Part shown: positions 56,067 to 64,000 of the stretch, piece by piece
How positions within the stretch are numbered: position 1 is the stretch's first letter
Layout of the letters: every line of letters starts with the position of its first letter
NCBI GenBank assembly: GCA_038143065.1
Contig: JAYQLI010000035.1
Coordinates: 2,080,894-2,144,893, forward strand
Direction of reading: 5' to 3'
Origin: Rhodospirillales bacterium
GTDB lineage: Bacteria > Pseudomonadota > Alphaproteobacteria > Bin95
DNA length: 64,000 bases
The notes under the pieces: generated by a model
Seen by the model: only the letters and a program-made list of their open reading frames with translations
Told to the model about the DNA's origin: nothing
The model's database searches: none
Made by a program: the position numbers and the translations under genes

Positions 56067-56933
56067 TTAAGTCAATAATTCCTGTGGGTTGCTGAAAGAG
56101 CTTCTAAACCGTTCACGCAATTTGTTCAGGGCTCGTTTTTCAAGTTGGCGAACACGCTCTTTACTCACACCCAACTCTGCCCCAAGAGCTTCGAGAGTCA
56201 GTGTGTCTTCCTCTAATAACCTGGCTTGAATTATGCGTGCCTCTCGTACCGGTAAGTCTGAAAGAGCACTCTGCACCCAATCAGATCGTATTTCGGCATC
56301 TTTGGCTTCTATTGTAACAGCTTCTGGAGTCGGGCGGTCATCTACCAGGTAGTCTTGCCAAGAAAGATCAGTCTCTTCTCCCACAGGAGCATTCAACGAT
56401 TGGTCCGACGCAGATAATCGGGCCGACATACCATGTACATCACGCTCTGGTACCTTTAATTCCGCTGCGATTTCTTTGCGCCCCGCGTCATCAAGTAACT
56501 TTCCTGTACGACCCTCAATCCTGGCGCGAAGCCGACGGAGATTGAAGAAAAGGGATTTTTGCGATGATGTTGTTCCCGTTCTTACTATCGACCAGTTTCT
56601 CAGAATGTAGTCTTGCATTGCAGAACGCACCCACCAGGAAGCGTAGGTAGAAAATCTAATATCACGCTCTGGTTCAAAGCGCGCGGCTGCCTGCATAAGA
56701 CCAACGTTGCCCTCTTGGATCAGATCAGCAAGTGGCAGTCCATAATTGCGAAACTTAACGGCCATACCAGCTACAAGACGACCATAAGAAGTAATCAATT
56801 CGTGTAGGGCTAGCTCGTCTTCTTCGTCACGCCAGGCCTTAGCTAAGGAAAGTTCCCGCTCTCGAGTGAGCAGAGGAGTGCTCATCGATGATCGGACCAG
56901 GCGCATTCCGTTGTTTTGCGATATATGGGTCAT
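56067..56933 (-). CDS. RNA polymerase sigma-32 family factor (RpoH2-like paralogue)
   Basis: DLIQEGNVGLM, RFSTYASWW, RpoH box QKSLFFNLR and GVSKERVRQLE. Confidence 0.9.
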   Translation of the reverse strand: MTHISQNNGMRLVRSSMSTPLLTRERELSLAKAWRDEEDELALHELITSYGRLVAGMAVKFRNYGLPLADLIQEGNVGLMQAAARFEPERDIRFSTYASWWVRSAMQDYILRNWSIVRTGTTSSQKSLFFNLRRLRARIEGRTGKLLDDAGRKEIAAELKVPERDVHGMSARLSASDQSLNAPVGEETDLSWQDYLVDDRPTPEAVTIEAKDAEIRSDWVQSALSDLPVREARIIQARLLEEDTLTLEALGAELGVSKERVRQLEKRALNKLRERFRSSFSNPQELLT

Positions 56934-57044
56934 ATGAAGTCCCTTCCTGGAGCAACATTATTTGCAACTCATAAAGAGATACGATGCTTTTAGCTTTGCG
57001 GATCACCCGCATACACATTTTGAATTTAAATTTAAAACCAAAAC

Positions 57045-57074
57045 GCAAAAAGCAGCTGACGGTTAGCCAGCTGC
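57045..57074 (-). terminator. Intrinsic terminator downstream of carD
   Basis: GCAGCTG...CAGCTGC stem followed by TTTTTGCGTTTT on the minus strand. Confidence 0.7.
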
Positions 57075-57102
57075 CCTTCTAAATCACAGTCGCTTTTTAG
57101 GT

Positions 57103-57606
57103 TTAAGCTGCAGCTGATCGCAATTGGGCTACGATTTTTTCTTCTGCTGCCGCTTCATCAATTTTATCAATGGCAGCTACCTCACGAGTAAGCCTCTCCA
57201 ATGCAGATTGATAAATCTGACGCTCACTATATGACTGATCAGGTTGGTCAGCGTTTCTATGAAGGTCTCGCACTACTTCGGCAATCGACACTGGATCGCC
57301 AGAGTTAATCTTAGCTTCATACTCTTGCGCCCGACGGCTCCACATCGCTCGACGAACCCGAACCTTTCCAGTCAGAGTTTTCATTGCGACTTGAATATCT
57401 TTTTTAGAAGAGAGACTTCTAAGGCCCGCAGACTCAAGCTTGTCTAATGGAATCCGTAAGGTCATTTTCTCTTTTTCAAACTCTACAACTAGTAATTCTA
57501 GCTTTTCGCCAGCAATTTCTTGAGTTTGAACAGCTTTCACCTGACCGACCCCGTGTGCCGGATAGACAACGTAATCGCCAGTGCGATGTTTAGCAGCTTT
57601 GCTCAT
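57103..57606 (-). CDS. carD: CarD/CdnL family transcription factor
   Basis: VVYPAHGVG, WSRRAQEYEAKINSG and QSYSERQIY motifs. Confidence 0.95.
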   Translation of the reverse strand: MSKAAKHRTGDYVVYPAHGVGQVKAVQTQEIAGEKLELLVVEFEKEKMTLRIPLDKLESAGLRSLSSKKDIQVAMKTLTGKVRVRRAMWSRRAQEYEAKINSGDPVSIAEVVRDLHRNADQPDQSYSERQIYQSALERLTREVAAIDKIDEAAAEEKIVAQLRSAAA

Positions 57607-57969
57607 CAGTAATGTATAAGCCTCGATTTTAATATGGTCAGATTATGATATGTACACGAAATGGTGAGGAAACACCTGTTTCACACGTCTAGATCTTAAC
57701 GGTCTGTACTACAAAATTATGATAAAAAAAAGATAAATGTGAAAACGATATGATTAGAAGGTCAAAAATAAAAAGTATATAAAAAACAATTTCTACAACA
57801 CAAAACAAAAATGAAATCTAAATCTAATAAAAAATTACAACACTCTAGGTTTTAATTTTTGTACGATTTTATAATTGAATTTTAAATTTACGGATTCATT
57901 GTTTTAAAGTTTAATTTATAATTAATCACAACAGAATTTTTCCAAAATATTTTTTTAAATACACTATTA

Positions 57970-59058
57970 TTATTTGCTCAATACTTTTCGGATACCTTCT
58001 AGTCCTGAATAACTAGCATCGATAATACCAAACTCGGTAATAAGGCCAGAGATGAGATGTGCCGGTGTAACATCGAAGGCATCATTGCGTGCATGGCTGC
58101 TAGTGGGGGTTAAACGCACCTTTTGACGACTCCCATCATTGGCTTGGCCCCAAATATGGGTGACCTCGTCTTCTGCTCGTTGTTCGATCGGGATTTGCAA
58201 TCCGTCTTCGAGTGTCCAGTCAATGGTTGGGGTTGGTAGAGCTACATAGAAAGGGATTTGATTGTCTTTGGCTGCAATGGCCTTGAGATAGGTTCCTATT
58301 TTGTTGCAAACGTCACCGTTCGCTGTTGTTCGATCGGTGCCAACGATGCATAGATCCACCAGTCCCCTTTGCATCAAGTGACCGCCAGCGTTATCTACAA
58401 TTACATGGTGCGGAATTCCGTGAGCGCCTAGCTCCCATGCCGTGAGTGCTGCACCGTGATTTCGGGGGCGGGGTTCATCAACCCAAACGTGTACATCAAG
58501 TCCTGCCTCATGGGCTTTATAAATTGGAGCAAGCGCTGTGCCCCAGTCTACAGTGGCAATCCATCCAGCATTACAATGGGTCAATATATTGACTGGAGAG
58601 TTATTCTTTTTACCCGAAGCAATACTGCGAATAACTTCAAGCCCATGGTTACCAATGGCCTCATTAATAGCTACATCCTCATCGGCAATGGACGCAGCCT
58701 CGGACATTGCAACTGACGCACGGTTCGAAACTAACTGTCCAATAAGGCGACTGTGCATGCGCTCCAATGCCCAGCGAAGGTTGATTGCTGTTGGTCGAGT
58801 AGACAAAAGGGCTTTGAATGCCTTCTCAAGGTTGGTATCGCTGGGATTTTCTTTGAGAGCTATCGCTAAACCATAAGCGGCAGTAGCTCCAATCAATGGG
58901 GCACCCCGCACTTGCATGTCGCAAATCGCTGTGATTACCGAAGTGAGGTCTGCCAGTTCTTTTATTTGGACTTCATGTGGAAGCAACGTCTGATCTATAA
59001 TCCAAATACGGCCATCATTCTCCCAAATTGAGCGATAACTCTTTCCGTCGATTTTCAT
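57970..59058 (-). CDS. mtnA: S-methyl-5-thioribose-1-phosphate isomerase
   Basis: [33 protein letters not shown] and AFDVTP motifs. Confidence 0.95.
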   Translation of the reverse strand: MKIDGKSYRSIWENDGRIWIIDQTLLPHEVQIKELADLTSVITAICDMQVRGAPLIGATAAYGLAIALKENPSDTNLEKAFKALLSTRPTAINLRWALERMHSRLIGQLVSNRASVAMSEAASIADEDVAINEAIGNHGLEVIRSIASGKKNNSPVNILTHCNAGWIATVDWGTALAPIYKAHEAGLDVHVWVDEPRPRNHGAALTAWELGAHGIPHHVIVDNAGGHLMQRGLVDLCIVGTDRTTANGDVCNKIGTYLKAIAAKDNQIPFYVALPTPTIDWTLEDGLQIPIEQRAEDEVTHIWGQANDGSRQKVRLTPTSSHARNDAFDVTPAHLISGLITEFGIIDASYSGLEGIRKVLSK

Positions 59059-59944
59059 TTATTAAGCACCCTGCCCGCCACTGCATCGAGCATACTGATT
59101 AACTGTGGGTTTCGCTTTTCGGGCGGCGTAACTATTGCAACATCCAACGCTGTTTGACAGCCAGCGTGACAGGTCTGTGTGCGTTTGCCTAAGGCTGGGA
59201 CAATATTTTTAATAATAGAACGAGCTTTAGCTGCATTTTCATGCAGGACTTTGATTACAGCATCGACCGTAACGTCATTGTGTCCCTCATGCCAGCAATC
59301 ATAGTCTGTCACCATTGCGACGGTGGCGTAGCAAAGTTCGGCCTCACGGGCGAGTTTTGCTTCGGGCATGTTGGTCATGCCAATAACATCACAGCCCCAA
59401 GCTCTATACAGTTGTGACTCTGCTCGTGTGGAAAATTGAGGTCCCTCCATTGCCAGATAGGTACCACCTCGGGTCACCGTTACTCCTGAAGCTGCGGCTG
59501 CAGCCTCTAGCGCATCACCCATTCGGGTACAAACGGGGTCACCTAGCGCAACGTGTGCGACGCAACCCTCGTCAAAAAAACTTTTTTTCCTGGAAAATGT
59601 CCGATCGATAAACTGATCAACAATCACAAAATGCCCTGGAGGAAGTTCTTCCTCAATGAACCTACCGCAGAAAGCGAGAGAAGCTCTGTGGCGCCGGCAC
59701 GCTTGAGAGCATCAATATTAGCTCGATAGTTTACAGCGCTCGGGGGGAGATGATGGTTGCGCCCATGCCTAGGCATAAATAAGACGGCCTGACCGTCGAG
59801 GACGCCTTCCATGATCTCGTCGGAAGGTGTTCCGAATGGAGATTCTATTTTTCTCCAACGTCGCTCCTCAAGCCCATCAATATCATAAAGCCCACTGCCG
59901 CCGAGTATCCCAATTACTGGTGGCGTGCCAGGTTTTGCCGTCAT
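59055..59944 (-). CDS. mtnP: S-methyl-5'-thioadenosine phosphorylase; apparent frameshift at about 59650
   Basis: [39 protein letters not shown] and TDYDCW motifs. Confidence 0.93.
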
Positions 59945-60026
59945 GTTTTCGCCCCTACCCAGAAAACCAAAAGGCCGTTGCAATACATTTACAACGGCCT
60001 TTGTACAACGTTTTAAACGTAGTTGG

Positions 60027-60839
60027 TTAGTGCACTTTTCGCCAAACTTCACGCTTCGCGAGGTACAGTAGAATGGTTAATATCACTAAGAAGATGATAA
60101 CTTTAAAACCAGTCTGTTTCCGTTCTTCTAACTTTGGCTCTGCAACGAAAGCAAGAAAATTGTTTATGTCAGTCGTCATTTGTTCGACTGTTGCTGGTGT
60201 GCCATCATTGTAAGTGACTGCATCTGGTGACAGAGGTGGCGCCATACTAATTTGGTAGCCTGGGTAATAGGCATTGTAGTAACGGCCTTCCCCGACTTCA
60301 CACCCTGCAGGTGCATCCATGTAACCACCAAGAATTTTTGGAATATGGGCCTCAAAATCAGGGCGAGCTTTCACTATTAGGCTAAGGTCAGGAGGATAAG
60401 CACCTCCGTTGGCCGCCGCCGCTGCTTTTATGTTCGGAAAAGGATTTGGAAATTTATCCGATGGAAGCGCTTTTCTTAATACAATTTCGCCCTCGTCATT
60501 AGGCGCAGCAGGGACTTCGTATTCCAACGCTACCCCTTTGATCTCGTCTTCAGTCGCGCCAAGCGCTGACAAGTTCCGGAATGCAAAAAGGTTGAGGGAG
60601 TGGCATGAGGCACACACTCCTCTGTAAACCTCAAAACCACGAAGGGCTGAATCGTGGTCATAGTGTCCAAAAATCCCCTGAAAAGACCACTTTTGCTCTG
60701 GAATTGTGGGAGGATTTTTTGGAGTGCAAGCAGTTTTTTTTCCAGCTCCCGCTGCGTTCGCAGCGGATAAGGTAATGCTTGCAGACGCAAGAACAATTAG
60801 ACCTGCAAACAAGCAGGAAGAAATTTGTTTAAGGGTCAT
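60027..60839 (-). CDS. petC: Cytochrome c1
   Basis: CASCH heme motif, NGGAYPPDLS, ISMAPPL and a C-terminal TM segment. Confidence 0.95.
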   Translation of the reverse strand: MTLKQISSCLFAGLIVLASASITLSAANAAGAGKKTACTPKNPPTIPEQKWSFQGIFGHYDHDSALRGFEVYRGVCASCHSLNLFAFRNLSALGATEDEIKGVALEYEVPAAPNDEGEIVLRKALPSDKFPNPFPNIKAAAAANGGAYPPDLSLIVKARPDFEAHIPKILGGYMDAPAGCEVGEGRYYNAYYPGYQISMAPPLSPDAVTYNDGTPATVEQMTTDINNFLAFVAEPKLEERKQTGFKVIIFLVILTILLYLAKREVWRKVH

Positions 60840-60874
60840 TTTCCTTCGTTCCTTCAAGCGCTGGAGCCGGATGG

Positions 60875-62073
60875 CTACGGATTTGAAATACTCAAATGAA
60901 GATCAATCGGCCGCTCATATAAGCCAAGAAGGGGCAGCAGGATGATGAAGTGGGCAAAATAATAGACAGTACCAAGTCTAGACAACACAACCCAGATACC
61001 CTCTGCGGGCATTGCTCCACAGAAGCCTAATAAAATACAGTCTGCTAACAGCACCCAAAACAGAACGAAGTATACGGGGCGGAATTTCGCTGACCGGATT
61101 GGTGAACGATCCAACCATGGGAGCACGAAGAGCACTGCAATTGCGGCAAACATTGCAATAACACCACCCAATTTATCTGGCACAGCTCTTAGGATTGCGT
61201 GAAAGGTAAGAAATACCATTCGGGAACAATGTGGGCAGGGGTCACTAAAGGATTTGCCTCAACGTAGTTGTCAGGGTGACCCATATAATTAGGGGCAAAA
61301 GATACCACTGCCATGAAGATCGTAAGAAACACTCCCAACCCAAACATATCTTTGATTGTGTAATAAGGATGGAAGGGAATCGTATCACCCTTGTTTTTTA
61401 TATCGATTCCGAGGGGATTGTTTGAGCCGTGCTGGTGCAACGCTGCTATGTGCAAAATAACCACCCCAGCAATCACAAACGGTAGGAGAAAATGCAAAGA
61501 GAAGAAGCGGTTTAGAGTTGGGTTGTCCACTGTAAAACCACCCCAAAGCCATGTGACGATGTTTTCACCAATCAATGGAATAGCCGAGAACAAATTGGTG
61601 ATAACGGTGGCGCCCCAGAAACTCATTTGGCCCCATGGTAAAACGTACCCCATAAAAGCAGTTGCCATCATCAATAACAAGATGACAACACCAAGGATCC
61701 AGAGCAGCTCTCGTGGTGCCTTGTAGGACCCATAATAAAGTCCTCTGAAAATGTGAATGTAAACCACAATGAAGAAGAACGATGCTCCGTTCATATGAAT
61801 ATATCGGATCAGCCAACCAAAATCGACGTCTCGCATAATTCGTTCTACTGAGGCAAAGGCGTAATCCACATGCGCTGTGTAGTTCATCGATAGCACAATG
61901 CCGGAGACAATCATTATCACCAGACAGAAGCCGGCAAGACTGCCAAAATTCCACATGTAGTTAAGATTTCTCGGCGTAGGATACTCATGCAATTCGTGAT
62001 TGAGCATGGAGAACACCGGCAAGCGATACTCAATCCACCGGACGATTGGATTAGAAAATTCAGGTGAGCTCAT
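60875..62073 (-). CDS. petB: Cytochrome b; apparent frameshift at about 61200
   Basis: [20 protein letters not shown] and PEWYFLP motifs, continuing as [12 protein letters not shown] in another frame. Confidence 0.95.
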
Positions 62074-62085
62074 CGATTAAATGCC

Positions 62086-62655
62086 TTATCCGATCTTAAT
62101 AACGTTTTCAGATAAGAATTCGTAAGGAGGGACAGCCAAATTATATGGGGCTGGCCCCTTGCGAATTCTGCCGGAGGAATCGTAATGGGAACCATGACAA
62201 GGACAGAACCAGCCATCGTAATCCCCTTTAACATCTCCGGTCTTTTGGCCAAGGGGAATACATCCTAGATGGGTGCAAACCCCGATGATAACAAGCCATT
62301 TGGCTTCACCGGGCAAAACACGCTCTGCATCAGATTGAGGATCTGGTAAATCATCGAGGCTAACACTTTGTGCTTCCTCTATTTCCTTAGAAGTCCGGTG
62401 CCTAATGAAGGTTGGCTTTCCTCGCCAGACCACGGTTATAGATTGCCCCTCAGCAACTGAAGCTACATTTACCTCAGTAGAAGCTAAAGCAAGAGTATCC
62501 GCTGCGGGCCGCAGGTTTGACAGGAAAGGCCAAACTGCAGCGACTGTTCCAACGGCTGCCATTGCGCCTGTTGCCATAAAGAGGAAGTCGCGCCGTCCCT
62601 CATCCATGCCAACATCAGCGTCATGGTTTCCGGCGGCGTGTACCGGCTCCGACAT
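62086..62655 (-). CDS. petA: Rieske iron-sulfur subunit of the bc1 complex
   Basis: Tat motif RRDFL, CTHLGC and CPCHGS. Confidence 0.97.
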   Translation of the reverse strand: MSEPVHAAGNHDADVGMDEGRRDFLFMATGAMAAVGTVAAVWPFLSNLRPAADTLALASTEVNVASVAEGQSITVVWRGKPTFIRHRTSKEIEEAQSVSLDDLPDPQSDAERVLPGEAKWLVIIGVCTHLGCIPLGQKTGDVKGDYDGWFCPCHGSHYDSSGRIRKGPAPYNLAVPPYEFLSENVIKIG

Positions 62656-62814
62656 AAACTAATACCTCGCAAAAAGGGAAAAAATTACGACTAACACTTA
62701 GCCCAGCCGCACGTGTGAACCCAACCCGTTTGAGGTCCAAGCGTCATTATGACGCGCGATTTCCGTAACGTTTAATATGTCTAAGATTTTTCGAGAAAGA
62801 AGTCATTATAAGAT

Positions 62815-63264
62815 ATGCGAATTGCTCTAATCCAACCTGAAATTCCTCAAAACGTTGGGTCTGTAATCCGACTTGCCGCCTGTCTTGACGTGAATGTTGA
62901 TCTTATCGGTCCTTTAGGTTTTGTTTTGACCGACAAAAAATTGAGGCGAGCTGGCATGGATTACATTGACCTTGCAAAGATTCGCCGCTTTGACAGCCTG
63001 GAAAACTTTATAAGCATGATGACAGGAAGGCTTATTCTCTTCACCACAAAGGGTGACATTGGGGCCTATAGTTTTACCTATAAAGCAGGAGATGTGCTGG
63101 CTTTTGGTTCGGAAACATCTGGTGCACCTGCTTTAGCTCATTCATCAGCCGCCGCCCGTTTGGCGCTGCCAATGACCGAAGGCGCACGCTCAATGAACTT
63201 AGCCACTGCTGCCGCTTTGGCGCTTGGGGAGGGACTCCGCCAAATTGGTGGATTGCCTCAGTGA
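62815..63264 (+). CDS. trmL: tRNA (cytidine/uridine-34-2'-O)-methyltransferase
   Basis: PEIPQNVG, LRRAGMDY, FGSETSG and RSMNLA motifs. Confidence 0.92.
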   Translation: MRIALIQPEIPQNVGSVIRLAACLDVNVDLIGPLGFVLTDKKLRRAGMDYIDLAKIRRFDSLENFISMMTGRLILFTTKGDIGAYSFTYKAGDVLAFGSETSGAPALAHSSAAARLALPMTEGARSMNLATAAALALGEGLRQIGGLPQ

Positions 63265-63286
63265 ATTCGAAAGGCTCAAGCTAGCT

Positions 63287-64000
63287 ATGATAAATAACGA
63301 AGCACGGAAATCAGAAACGAAGGCTTGGTCTGAGGCGCTGCGAGATAGGATTTGCAACGCCTTCGAACTTATTGAGGAGGAGTTTGCCAAAGGCGCTAAT
63401 ATAAACTTGATGCCAGGCCGGTTTGAACGAGATGCTTGGACCCGCACAGCCAAGAATGATGATCCTGAGTCAGGTCCAGGCGGGGGCGGGGTGATGTCGG
63501 TGATGCGTGGTAACGTATTTGAAAAAGTAGGTGTGAACGTTTCAACGGTTTATGGGGAATTTTCTGACTCTTTCAGAGGTCAAGTTCTTGGCACAAAAGA
63601 TGATCCAACTTTTTGGGCGAGTGGCATCTCGCTCGTTGCTCATATGTGCAACCCTCATGTCCCCGCAGTTCATATGAATACTCGTCATATTGTGACTTCC
63701 AAGGCCTGGTTTGGCGGTGGAGCGGATCTAACACCAATGTTTCCTGAAAATCATCACGATGATGGTGTTCGTTTTCATTCAGCCCTTAAAGCCGCGTGTG
63801 ATAGGGCTAATCCAGATTATTACGAGCGATATAAGGAATGGTGCGATAAGTACTTTTTTCTTCCACATCGGAATGAACCCCGTGGTCTAGGGGGAATATT
63901 TTTTGATGGCTTAGATAGCGGTGAGTGGAAGGCAGATTTTGCATTCGTGCGTGACGTTGGTGAGACATTTTTGGAGGTTTACGCCCATATTGTTAGGGAT
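63287..64000 (+). CDS. hemF: Oxygen-dependent coproporphyrinogen III oxidase (partial; runs off the window; not in the ORF track)
   Basis: Manual translation gives GGGGVMSVMRGNVFEKVGVNVSTV, FWASGISLVAH, NPHVPAVHMNTR, WFGGGADLTP and WCDKYFFLPHRNEPRGLGGIFFD. Confidence 0.95.
   Translation, partial: MINNEARKSETKAWSEALRDRICNAFELIEEEFAKGANINLMPGRFERDAWTRTAKNDDPESGPGGGGVMSVMRGNVFEKVGVNVSTVYGEFSDSFRGQVLGTKDDPTFWASGISLVAHMCNPHVPAVHMNTRHIVTSKAWFGGGADLTPMFPENHHDDGVRFHSALKAACDRANPDYYERYKEWCDKYFFLPHRNEPRGLGGIFFDGLDSGEWKADFAFVRDVGETFLEVYAHIVRD

Noticed and set aside
57710-57969. AT-rich tract as the replication origin
   Set aside because: No clear DnaA boxes and no typical oriC-flanking genes (hemE, dnaA, parAB, mnmG) in the window.

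Overview
A 64-kb window of an alphaproteobacterial chromosome, judged from gene order (ctaC-ctaD-ctaB-ctaG-ctaE-DUF983-SURF1 divergent from tldD, petABC, rph-rdgB-hemW, aroK-aroB-CorC, carD next to an RpoH paralogue). It is mostly core housekeeping genes with interspersed catabolic and redox genes. No rRNA, tRNA, CRISPR, prophage or IS element was seen. About a dozen conserved genes are split by single-base indels, mostly in homopolymer runs, which looks like long-read consensus error rather than gene decay. The main finding is two selenoprotein genes that the ORF track splits at an in-frame UGA. One is a stand-alone GrdB/PrdB-like protein (12431..11202, minus strand, ...LLPV-U-PNCTRAV...). 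The other is a UGSC-family protein fused to a large C-terminal domain (44617..46353, ...GMGC-U-GSCTPAV...). Both share the pattern U-x-x-C-T-x-A-V-x7-EAAG[LI]PT. Both also carry a SECIS-like hairpin whose CGUGU(U) loop starts exactly 18 nt after the UGA. No glycine/proline-reductase partner subunits and no sel genes occur in the window. This suggests an uncharacterised pair of GrdB-fold selenoenzymes in an organism with an aa3 oxidase and bc1 complex. Three small ORFs and a partial hemF missing from the ORF track were also recovered.
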